A DNA stretch of 64,000 bases, taken from positions 32,001 to 96,000 of the forward strand of contig JBKAGE010000001.1 of assembly GCA_046290225.1 (NCBI GenBank). The letters run 5' to 3'. A model generated the notes under the pieces. The model had not been told where the DNA came from, did no database searches, and was given only the letters and a program-made list of their open reading frames with translations. The stretch's first letter is position 1. Every line of letters begins with the position of its first letter. Source of the stretch: Bradymonadia bacterium (lineage in GTDB: Bacteria > Myxococcota_A > Bradymonadia > UBA7976 > UBA1532). The translations under genes were made by a program, and so were the position numbers. This document shows positions 1-7,866 of this stretch, one piece after another.

Positions 1-285
1 AACCCCGGCGCATTCACCGGCGCTCGGGCCCCAGCCTTCGTCTCCCAGGCTCTGGCTCAGTCAGAGGCAGAAGCCCAAGAGGTCGAAGCGGCAGTGCCGG
101 GCCTCGCCGACCTCTCCATGCGGGAGCGAGAGCTGGTGCAGATGCTCACCGAGGGCTACCGGCTCCCACAGATCGCCGAGCAGATGGGCATCAGCCACCA
201 CACCGCCCGCAACCACCTGAAGTCGGTCTTCGCCAAGACCGGCATCCATTCTCAGGGAGAGCTCGTCGCCGCGCTCCGGCGTTGA
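1..285 (+). CDS. LuxR-type helix-turn-helix transcriptional regulator, 5'-truncated by the window edge
   Basis: Frame 1 is open from base 1 to TGA at 283-285. C-terminal LSMRERELVQMLTEGYRLPQIAEQMGISHHTARNHLKSVFAKTG is a typical LuxR/GerE HTH. Confidence 0.9.
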   Translation, partial: NPGAFTGARAPAFVSQALAQSEAEAQEVEAAVPGLADLSMRERELVQMLTEGYRLPQIAEQMGISHHTARNHLKSVFAKTGIHSQGELVAALRR

Positions 286-436
286 GACACAGAATTATGG
301 TTCCGATCTGCCGAACTTGATCTCAAGGGCAAGCAGCTGGGATACCGAACGCTCCTGAAGGGTCTGAGTTTTCGTCAGACCTGTGCCCATTGGCTCTGGA
401 GCGCCTCACTTGGCTCAACTTCGTCCCCGCTTTGAG

Positions 437-1768
437 ATGGACCTACGCGCCGTCGTCGCCGCCATCGCCATCCTGGCCATGGCGCCGTTGGTGGCTCTGG
501 GGGTCACCTCGAGCCCGCTCCTCGCTGGGGGCGCCATCCTCGCCGTGGCCGCAGGCCTGCTGCTCCTCGCCCGCGAGCAGTGGATCGCCCCTCTGCTGGC
601 TCTGGGCTTCATGTACAACGCCGTCTTCGTCTCCTTGGGCTTTGCCTTCCTCGGCGTAGGCGACGGTGTGGCTCTGATGAGCTTCGGCGCCTGGTTCATT
701 CATCGGCTCGGGCGCCCCCGACCCTTCCGGCTCAAACACATCTCTCTCATGATCCTGTTCATGATCATCTGCTACGTCAGCTTGGTGAACGGTGTCATGC
801 CAGGGGCGAGCAAAGGGCCCTACATGCGGCAGGTGGTCTACATGCTCGGCCTCGTGATCATGATGGACACCCTCAGGAACTTCACCCAGCTGCGGTGGGT
901 GATGTACGCCCTGGCCATCGCTTCGGTGATCCATTGCGTCTACGCGGTGGTGTCATATGACGGCGTGCGGCGTCTGAGAGGCTTTGTCGATCAGCCCAAC
1001 ACCCTGGCTCACCTCGTGGCCTTTGGCATGCTCCCCACCCTGGAGCGTTTTCAGAACAACACCGACTCCACCCGCCGCGTGCTGTGGATGGGCGCCTTCA
1101 TGTTGCAGGTGGCGGTCATCGTGATGAGTGTCTCTCGAGGCACCATCCTCGCCCTCGCCGTGGCCTTGCTGTGGTGGGTGCGGGCCAACCGTGGGCAAGT
1201 CCTCATCATCCTCGTCGGCGGCCTCGCGGTCTTCATCGCCATGAAGGGCATCGAAGACCGGCCCACTCAGAACATCGTGCAAGATCGCCTGGCGATGAAA
1301 GATGCGAGCTTGCACCACCGCACCGAGATCTTCGGCTATGGCGTCGAGGCGTTGTTCACGCACCCCTGGCTCGGGGTGGGCTTCAACCAGTTCACCGAGC
1401 TCGACCGCGCCATCGATCTCAGCCAGAACGCCTCGGGCCGCGCGGCCCACAACTACTATCTGAACATCGCCGTCTCCGTGGGCTTGCCCGGGGTCTTCCT
1501 GCTGCTGGGCTTCTGCTGGCTGCACAGCCGCCGTGTCTGGCAACATCACCGGTGGCTGTCCCAGCTCAGATCTCGCACCCCGGAACAGAATGAAGCGATG
1601 GTGCTCCTGAGCCTGTTGCAGTGTGTCATCTTGTTCGAAACCGTAGGTTTGATGACCAAGGGTGACATGATGGGCCTGCTCTGGATGCTGATGGGTGTCA
1701 CCGCCGCCGCATCTCAGCTCGAGTTGCCGACCTCTGACGACGACCGTTCCTCTGTGACCACACCGTGA
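437..1768 (+). CDS. O-antigen ligase / Wzy-like polysaccharide polymerase family membrane protein
   Basis: Many hydrophobic segments plus motifs RLRGFVDQPNTLA, SVSRG, HPWLGVG and AHNYYL. Start placed at ATG 437 (ORF track opens at 383). Confidence 0.85.
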   Translation: MDLRAVVAAIAILAMAPLVALGVTSSPLLAGGAILAVAAGLLLLAREQWIAPLLALGFMYNAVFVSLGFAFLGVGDGVALMSFGAWFIHRLGRPRPFRLKHISLMILFMIICYVSLVNGVMPGASKGPYMRQVVYMLGLVIMMDTLRNFTQLRWVMYALAIASVIHCVYAVVSYDGVRRLRGFVDQPNTLAHLVAFGMLPTLERFQNNTDSTRRVLWMGAFMLQVAVIVMSVSRGTILALAVALLWWVRANRGQVLIILVGGLAVFIAMKGIEDRPTQNIVQDRLAMKDASLHHRTEIFGYGVEALFTHPWLGVGFNQFTELDRAIDLSQNASGRAAHNYYLNIAVSVGLPGVFLLLGFCWLHSRRVWQHHRWLSQLRSRTPEQNEAMVLLSLLQCVILFETVGLMTKGDMMGLLWMLMGVTAAASQLELPTSDDDRSSVTTP

Positions 1769-1778
1769 GAGCAGCCTC

Positions 1779-2531
1779 ATGAACCAGATCCTGATGTCCG
1801 CCGAAGATCGCATGCGCCGCCACCTGCCAGAGATGGACGACACCACGTGGCGCCGGGTGAGCAGCCGGGCCCGGCAGTATTTTCACGATCTCCCCCTCAA
1901 AGGCCGACGGGTCCTGGACATCGGTGCCGGCAGCGGGGTCTTCAGCCTCTGGATGAAAGAGGTCTGCGGCGCAGCTGAGGTGGTGGCCGTGGAGCCTGGC
2001 GAAGGTGTGGGCACCACCGCAGGGGTAGACGAGGCCTCTCACGCCCTCTTCGAGCGCTCGGGCATCCCCGGCCTGCGCCTGGTGAGCGCCCGAATCCAAG
2101 ACTTCGTGCCCGATGAACCCTTCGACGTGATCGTGTCGATCAACTCGATCAACCACGTCGACGAGGTCACCCATCGCCTCGATCGGGAGAGCGATGCCCG
2201 CGACCGCTTCATCACCTTGTTCCGTCAACTGCACGACATGTTGGTGGTGGGCGGCGATCTGATGGTGACAGACGCAGATCGCTACTGCCTGGAGCGCTAC
2301 ACCGCCCGCCTGGGCCTGCCCCGCCTGTTCACGCCCACGATCGACTACGATTTGCACCAGAAGGCAGAGACCTGGGCAGAGCTGGCAGAGATGGGCGGCT
2401 TTGGTGACTTCCACATCCGCGGGGTGGCCTCGAGCTCACTCGAACCGCGTCTGGGTCCCTGGCGCGACAACCGAATCGCGGCATTCCTGACCACGGGCGT
2501 GTTCCTGATGCGGGCCCGCCGCATCAGCTGA
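1779..2531 (+). CDS. Class I SAM-dependent methyltransferase
   Basis: Motif I VLDIGAGSG, VVAVE and FDVIVS; starts 10 bp after the O-antigen ligase-like gene. Confidence 0.85.
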   Translation: MNQILMSAEDRMRRHLPEMDDTTWRRVSSRARQYFHDLPLKGRRVLDIGAGSGVFSLWMKEVCGAAEVVAVEPGEGVGTTAGVDEASHALFERSGIPGLRLVSARIQDFVPDEPFDVIVSINSINHVDEVTHRLDRESDARDRFITLFRQLHDMLVVGGDLMVTDADRYCLERYTARLGLPRLFTPTIDYDLHQKAETWAELAEMGGFGDFHIRGVASSSLEPRLGPWRDNRIAAFLTTGVFLMRARRIS

Positions 2532-2543
2532 TACGGCATACGA

Positions 2544-4223
2544 TCAGAACACCCGCACAGGCCGGCAGCCCATACCGTCACCGCGCTCGTTGGCGGGAAA
2601 ATCCCCACGGCGGGTGGTGCGCAGATCGTAGTCGGGGCGGAACCACGCGCCGCCTCGAGCCACGCGGTGCTTGCCACCCGTGAGACGAGGGCGACCATCC
2701 GCTGGGGCGCCTTCGTAGCCCGCCACGTAGACATCCGAGACCCACTCCCAGACGTTCCCTGCCATATCGCACAAGCCTTGAGCGGTATGCCCTTCTTTCA
2801 GGCTGCACACCGGCTGGGTGCTGCGGCTGCCACAACCTGGTCGATCTCGATCGCGGAACACCGTACGTCCACAAGTGGCCATCGAGTTGCCCCAGGGGAA
2901 CCGGATGGGCTCGCCGGCGCCACGGGCGGCGTACTCCCACTCCGCCTCACTCGGCAGGCGGCCACCGATCCACCAGGAGAAGTCCCTCGCCTGGGCCCAG
3001 CTCAGGCAGTTGATGGGATGGTCGTCTCGATTGGGTCGGCCCCAGTTGCACACCGCTCCCTTGCTCAACCCCTCGTCGCTGCACGCGCCGGCCTCGACGC
3101 AGGCGCGGTACTGCGCCACGGTGACCTCGGCCTGAGCCATGGCGAACCCCGGCAGCTTCACCGTGCGCACCGGGCCCTCGGTGGCGTCGCTGCGAGATCC
3201 CATGTCGAACTCACCGGCGGGGAGCTTCACCCAGGTGACCCCCACCGCCTCGGCGATGGCGTCGGCCCGCTGGCTCGCCTCTTCGATGAGCTTTCGCCAG
3301 GGCTGATAGGTGGCGTTGAACTCTGCGGTGAGCGCCCGCTTCTTCTTTTGGGGCAGCACATCGTCATCGAGCTGGAGCAGCCGCTTGAGCTTGGTCTCGT
3401 CTCGAGCCATGGCCTCGGCCACCTCCACCAGGCGACGGTGCTGAGCGCGGCGCGTGCGGGCCACGCTCACCCATTGGCGGGCGCGTCGCTCTGCTTCGGC
3501 CTTCATCTCTGGAGAGATCTTGTGGTGTCGAGCCACAGCCCACCAGCGCGTGGCCAGCACGTCGGGGTGAGCGCCGGGCTTCTTCTCCATGCGCCGGGCT
3601 TCTTGCAGGCGCTCCAGCAGATCGACGTCCAGCGCGGCGAGGCCCCCTGGGGGCGCAGGCAGCTCACCGGGGATCTGGGCCTCGAAGTTCTGGGGCATCG
3701 GCAAGCCCGAGCCAAAATGGGCGTCGTCTCCGCCCAGAGGGCCAATGGCCGAGAGCAAGCTGGTGCTGATGCCCTCGACGACTTCTTCGAGGCCCTTCAC
3801 GTCTTCAGATCCCCCCTGGCGTTGTGCCAGCAAGGCGCCCGACTCGGTGTTGTAGAGCTTGAGGTTCACCCGCAGGGCGTCACCGAGACGGATGACCTCA
3901 CCAGAGACCACGTAGTGTGCGCCGATGTTGCGGCCGGTCTCCACCTCGCACTCCCCTTCGCAGGCGGCGAGATCCACCCCAGGGGGCAACATCTCCACGA
4001 GGTTCTCCCGAGTGATCACGGTGAACTTGCCCTGGTCGAGCCTCAAGGCCACCCCACGGGAGAGATCGGTCAAGTAGGCCAGAGTGTCTTCTCGAAGCTC
4101 TGCGGCGTTGTGCAGCTCGAGCACGGCGATGCGCTTCGGCGCAGCGGCGCCGGCGGTGGACAAGCAGACAGCGGTGAGCGCGAGGGCGAAGATCAGCCCC
4201 CTCTTGAAGATACTCAGACCCAT
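2544..4223 (-). CDS. Secreted formylglycine-generating enzyme (SUMF1/FGE-sulfatase) domain protein with N-terminal TolB_N/CsgG-like domain
   Basis: Signal peptide; RIAVLEL...ETGRNIGAHYVVSGEV N-terminal domain; FGE motifs F-x-MGS, EVTVAQY, RLPSEAEWEYAARG, GLCDMAGNVWEWV and RGGAW. Start at ATG 4223 after a GGGGA RBS. Confidence 0.85.
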   Translation of the reverse strand: MGLSIFKRGLIFALALTAVCLSTAGAAAPKRIAVLELHNAAELREDTLAYLTDLSRGVALRLDQGKFTVITRENLVEMLPPGVDLAACEGECEVETGRNIGAHYVVSGEVIRLGDALRVNLKLYNTESGALLAQRQGGSEDVKGLEEVVEGISTSLLSAIGPLGGDDAHFGSGLPMPQNFEAQIPGELPAPPGGLAALDVDLLERLQEARRMEKKPGAHPDVLATRWWAVARHHKISPEMKAEAERRARQWVSVARTRRAQHRRLVEVAEAMARDETKLKRLLQLDDDVLPQKKKRALTAEFNATYQPWRKLIEEASQRADAIAEAVGVTWVKLPAGEFDMGSRSDATEGPVRTVKLPGFAMAQAEVTVAQYRACVEAGACSDEGLSKGAVCNWGRPNRDDHPINCLSWAQARDFSWWIGGRLPSEAEWEYAARGAGEPIRFPWGNSMATCGRTVFRDRDRPGCGSRSTQPVCSLKEGHTAQGLCDMAGNVWEWVSDVYVAGYEGAPADGRPRLTGGKHRVARGGAWFRPDYDLRTTRRGDFPANERGDGMGCRPVRVF

Positions 4224-4334
4224 GAAATCCCCTGCGTGCATCGGTGGCAGTACAGACTCAGCAACTTAGCAGACAGATCTACGACGCTGGAGGGGGCAGG
4301 TTCTTCTATGACGGATTCATGACACCGATACGCG

Positions 4335-5621
4335 TCACTCTGAAGGGGCCGCCACGAAAGGATCGCTGAACTTCTCGTCGGCGAGCATGGCGCGATCGGT
4401 GAGCGTCTCCATGAAGGCCACCAGGGCTTCTTTTTCGCTCTGAGTGAAGTCGAAGCGGATCGGCCCGCTCACCCCACGCAACGGCGGGATCAACGTGGGA
4501 TGGTCCTGGATGCCCGTGCTGTAGTGCTCCACCACCTCCATGAGGGTGGCGAAGCGGCCATCGTGCATATAGGGCGGCCGAACAGCGACGTTCTTGAGCG
4601 AAGGCACTTTGAACTTGCCGATGTCGTTGTGGTTCATCGTCGACTCATACACCCCCAGATCATCAATGGACTGGGCGTCGAGGCCGTTGTTGGTCGCCGT
4701 GGACGTGCCCTGACGCCCATTGGGTACAGGGCCAACAAAGGCTTCGGTGGTGTGGCACACGGCGCAATTGGCCTGGCCGCCGCCCTCGACCTGCCTGGCG
4801 ACGAAGAACAGCCGCTTGCCGAGGTTCTCCTGCGCAGTAAAGCCCGGGAAGTTGACTACAGGAGAGTCCACCTCAGCCCTGGCCACATCGTACTTCGAGG
4901 TGGTGCTCACCATGCTCCGGATGAACTGCGCCAGCGCCTTCGAGATCCTGTCGCTCGAGATCGAGTCGTCGCCAAAGGCATCCTCGAACAACTGCGGGTA
5001 GTACGGCTGGCTACGCACAATCTCCTCGAGCCGTTCGAGGGTGAGGCCCATCTCCACATCATCTTGAAAGGGCATGAGCACCTGCGCTTCGAGGCGCTCT
5101 GCCCGCTCGTCCCAGAAGAACTTGCCGCTGAAGTAGAAGCGCCCGTTGGCCAGCCCCATGGAGTGCCGCCGCGTATGACCGCCCTCGAAGCCTTCGCTGT
5201 GCACCTCAGGATCAGAGAAGCCATGGGCCTGCTGATGGCACGAGGCACATGCGATGGTGCCATTGGCGCTCAGCTTCTTGTCGTAGAAGAGCACCCGCCC
5301 CAAAGTGGCCCCAGCATCGGTCACGGGGTTGTCTTCGGGGGTGTTGTCGAAGTCGAGGGCTGCACGCTGAAAACGAAACCGCTCCGGGAACTCGTTCTGA
5401 GTCAGGAAGCGTGGAAGCACGATGTCGGCGTAGGTGAAGGGGGGCTCAGGCAGCACAGGAGCGCCGGGCTGCACCACCGCAGCGTCTTCTGGCGGCACCA
5501 CCCCCATGTCGACCACAGGCGCCATGCCATCGAGGGCAGCATCATCGATGGACGCCGCATCATCGCAGCCCACAACAACCAGTGAGAGCAGCACAATCTG
5601 TGTGGCGCGGATGAGGCTCAT
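4335..5621 (-). CDS. Di-heme cytochrome c peroxidase / MauG-superfamily lipoprotein
   Basis: Two heme c motifs (CASCH, CAVCH), LGRVLFYDKKLS, FFWDERA and FKVPSLKNVAVRPPYMHDG; lipobox VVGC. Confidence 0.9.
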   Translation of the reverse strand: MSLIRATQIVLLSLVVVGCDDAASIDDAALDGMAPVVDMGVVPPEDAAVVQPGAPVLPEPPFTYADIVLPRFLTQNEFPERFRFQRAALDFDNTPEDNPVTDAGATLGRVLFYDKKLSANGTIACASCHQQAHGFSDPEVHSEGFEGGHTRRHSMGLANGRFYFSGKFFWDERAERLEAQVLMPFQDDVEMGLTLERLEEIVRSQPYYPQLFEDAFGDDSISSDRISKALAQFIRSMVSTTSKYDVARAEVDSPVVNFPGFTAQENLGKRLFFVARQVEGGGQANCAVCHTTEAFVGPVPNGRQGTSTATNNGLDAQSIDDLGVYESTMNHNDIGKFKVPSLKNVAVRPPYMHDGRFATLMEVVEHYSTGIQDHPTLIPPLRGVSGPIRFDFTQSEKEALVAFMETLTDRAMLADEKFSDPFVAAPSE

Positions 5622-5639
5622 GCGTTCCCTCAATGTGGT

Positions 5640-6485
5640 CTACCCGTCTTCGAGCTCACCTGACTTGCCCACGTTGAAGCTGAAGCTGCGCTCGCCGCTG
5701 GTCAAGGTCACCTTGCTCACCGCATCGTCGACACGCTCGAACTCCATGGTGATGGTACGCACAGGCGTCGTGAGAATGTAGGTGCCCGCCTGGGGCATGG
5801 CATCTTGCCCGCGCATCTGCACTCCATTGCTGGCCAAGCTCCACACAAGGCCGTCCTCGGCCCATCCCCATGTGCTGTCTCCGTCGATGAGCATGCCCCC
5901 AGAGATGCCAGCGTCGGGATCTATGAGCCTCTGGGTATGCGTGCCGGCGCCCACCCTGTCGCTTCTGTCTGTCTTCCAGGTGAAGTCGTGGGCCACCTCG
6001 CGGCTCTGCTCGCCGGGGATCCAGGTCACGGTGGCGTTGCCCGTGAGCACGACGGTGCCCTGGGTGAAGTCGGTCCAGGCGTGCTCGACCTGCACACCCT
6101 CGCCGTCATTCCGAGCGATGGTGATGGTGTGGCTGCCACCCCAGGTTCTGTCGCGCCATACGCAGTCGTCGTCGAGGGTGCCATGATCGATGGTGAGCTG
6201 AGCCTTTTCGGCGTCGAGGGCCACCTCGGCACACGGGATCTGACTCTGGTAGAAATCAGCAAGCTCTTCTGCGCCCTTGGCTACGCCCTCGCCAAGGGTG
6301 AACTCGGTGCTGATCTCGATGGACTCGCTGGTGAGGGCACTGGCCTGGCTCGCGGTGATGGCCTGTCGGGCGCCGCTCTCTGCCTCCCCTTTGCTCATCT
6401 CCTGATAGTCCGGTGGTGGGCAACCCCAGAGGCTGCCCACGGCGAGGGTGGCGATGAGGGCGCGGCTCAGTGAAGTGATGTGCAC
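5640..6485 (-). CDS. Hypothetical lipoprotein, beta-strand rich
   Basis: GTG start 7 nt after a GAGGAG RBS and lipobox LWGC. The ORF-track extension to 6920 only translates the upstream repeat element. Confidence 0.75.
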   Translation of the reverse strand: MHITSLSRALIATLAVGSLWGCPPPDYQEMSKGEAESGARQAITASQASALTSESIEISTEFTLGEGVAKGAEELADFYQSQIPCAEVALDAEKAQLTIDHGTLDDDCVWRDRTWGGSHTITIARNDGEGVQVEHAWTDFTQGTVVLTGNATVTWIPGEQSREVAHDFTWKTDRSDRVGAGTHTQRLIDPDAGISGGMLIDGDSTWGWAEDGLVWSLASNGVQMRGQDAMPQAGTYILTTPVRTITMEFERVDDAVSKVTLTSGERSFSFNVGKSGELEDG

Positions 6486-6532
6486 GGTGGATCTCCTCGA
6501 AGGTGTGAAGCCTGTTTCGAATGCACAGTACA

Positions 6533-6547
6533 GCACTCGCCATGCCA
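6533..6547 (-). promoter_or_regulatory. Putative sigma54 (-24/-12) promoter for the 5640-6485 lipoprotein gene
   Basis: Minus strand reads TGGCAT-GGCGA-GTGC with the exact GG-N10-GC spacing, about 50 bp upstream of the start. Confidence 0.5.
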
Positions 6548-6719
6548 ATTGCGCGTATGGCCATTCTTCGGGGGGTTGGGTGGACAGTGTCAACGGGGGG
6601 TTACAGAGGGGGCGTGTCTGGTGCTTTTGTTGTGGTGTATTCGGGGGCCCGCTTCGCGGGTAAGAGAGTTTTCGGGCACGGGCACGGGCACGGGCACGGG
6701 CACGAGTTTTACGGGTGTG

Positions 6720-6923
6720 GACAGTGCAGCCTGAGGCTGCATGTCTTGGAGCGAGTGTAGGCCTGCGTAGCCGGCCGGAGGGAGCGGAAAGGCACCCGAA
6801 GGGCTGGCCACTGTTCGACCTGACAGTGCAGCCTGAGGCTGCATGTCTTGGAGCGAGTGTAGGCCTGCGTAGCCGGCCGGAGGGAGCGGAAAGACACCCG
6901 GAGGGCTGGCCACTGGTCAACCT
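6720..6923. repeat. Two tandem 102-bp REP/REPIN-like palindromic units
   Basis: 6720-6821 and 6822-6923 differ at 4 of 102 positions. Each has a GACA-G-TGCAGCCT-G-AGGCTGCA-TGTC hairpin and a GTAG-initiated imperfect long hairpin. Confidence 0.9.
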
Positions 6924-7112
6924 GACCCGTGGCCCTGCCTGAACTCAGGACGAAGGCTGCAATTGAAGCTGAGATGATGTGTTTCAGAACGACCTGAGAG
7001 TTCAGGTCTTGAAGTACACGGAGGTCCAAAACCTCCACCGAGAACAATGTGGGGCTGAGTAGAGCCTCCACCATTACAGACCCACGAGCGGAGCCATGCA
7101 GGGCCACGGGTC
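6924..7112. ncRNA. Candidate structured RNA/ssDNA element (unassigned)
   Basis: Perfect 15-bp closing stem (6924-6938 / 7098-7112) enclosing several short hairpins. No family recognised and transcription not shown. Confidence 0.35.
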
Positions 7113-7190
7113 CAGGTACGTATCAACTCGTGCCCGTGCCCGTGCCCGTGCCCGTGCCCGAAAACTCTCTTACCCGCGAAGCGGGCCCCC

Positions 7191-7775
7191 TCACTTAGCC
7201 AACTGACCCTCCACCGCCTTCACCAAAGCAGGATCCATCGGATCCACCGACGATTCGAAGCGGGCCACCACCTCCCCCTTGGGGCTCACCAGGAACTTGG
7301 TGAAGTTCCAGCGGACCTCCCCCTGAGTCTTCGAGGACTTCTCCGTGAGCAGAGTGTAGAGCGGGGCCTTCTCGGGGCCCTTGGCGTGCACCTTGTCGAA
7401 GAGCGGGAAGGTGATCGAGAAGTTGTCGGCGACGAAACCTTGGATCATCTTCGCGTCGCCGGGCTCCTGACCACCGAAGTCGTTCGACGGGAAGGCCAGC
7501 ACCACCAGCCCCTTGTCCTTGTAGGTGCGGTGCAGGCGCTCCAGACCCGCGTACTGCGGGGTGAAACCACACTGCGAGGCCGTGTTGACGATGAGCATCG
7601 CCTTGCCTGCGTAGTCTTTGAGGCTCACCGGCTTGCCTTGGATGTCAGTCACCGTGAGGGCGTGAATCGGCGCTGTTTGAGCAGCGGGCTTCTCGGCGGC
7701 AGGCTCGGCGCAGATGGGGGTGGCCCAGAAGGCCAGGGCGCCGGTGAGGGCGAGCATCAGGTGGGTGGGGCGCAT
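7191..7775 (-). CDS. Secreted glutathione peroxidase family protein
   Basis: Motifs NTASQCGFTPQY, VLAFPSNDFGGQEPG and WNFTKFLV; N-terminal signal peptide; GGAGG-like region absent but GAGG RBS upstream. Confidence 0.93.
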   Translation of the reverse strand: MRPTHLMLALTGALAFWATPICAEPAAEKPAAQTAPIHALTVTDIQGKPVSLKDYAGKAMLIVNTASQCGFTPQYAGLERLHRTYKDKGLVVLAFPSNDFGGQEPGDAKMIQGFVADNFSITFPLFDKVHAKGPEKAPLYTLLTEKSSKTQGEVRWNFTKFLVSPKGEVVARFESSVDPMDPALVKAVEGQLAK

Positions 7776-7866
7776 GGAGGACCTCTCGAATCAGTGTGCC
7801 CTTCAGAGATGAGCACTTCGAGAGATGGTCGCGCGTTCAGGAGAGAGTGGGTGAGTTGTGGGCGGC

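Larger units (their letters stand above)
6643..7190. mobile_element. 548-bp non-coding MITE-like composite element bounded by perfect 66-bp inverted repeats
   Basis: 6643-6708 (GGGGGCCCGCTTCGCGGGTAAGAGAGTTTTC(GGGCAC)5GAGTT) is the exact reverse complement of 7125-7190. TC flanks both sides. No transposase is present. Confidence 0.7.

Noticed and set aside
437..2531. Polysaccharide biosynthesis cluster
   Set aside because: Only a ligase/polymerase-like gene and a methyltransferase are present, with no glycosyltransferases, flippase or sugar-nucleotide genes.
2667..4322. Long antisense ORFs (for example 2667..4322 +, 17693..19480 -, 29193..30890 -, 59092..60873 -, 61937..63976 -)
   Set aside because: Shadow ORFs expected opposite high-GC3 genes; they carry no recognisable motifs.
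6486..6920. N-terminal extension of ORF 5640..6920 and other short ORFs across 6480-7126
   Set aside because: They translate the repeats (RARARA, duplicated 34-aa block). The RBS and lipobox indicate a start at 6485.
6720..6923. CRISPR array
   Set aside because: Only two contiguous 102-bp units, with no unique spacers and no cas genes.
6643..7190. Tn3-family element (ends begin GGGG)
   Set aside because: No 5-bp target duplication (TATTC versus TCACT), IR length and content are atypical, and no transposase or resolvase is present.
7191..7775. Selenocysteine-containing glutathione peroxidase
   Set aside because: The active-site codon is TGT (Cys) and there is no in-frame TGA.
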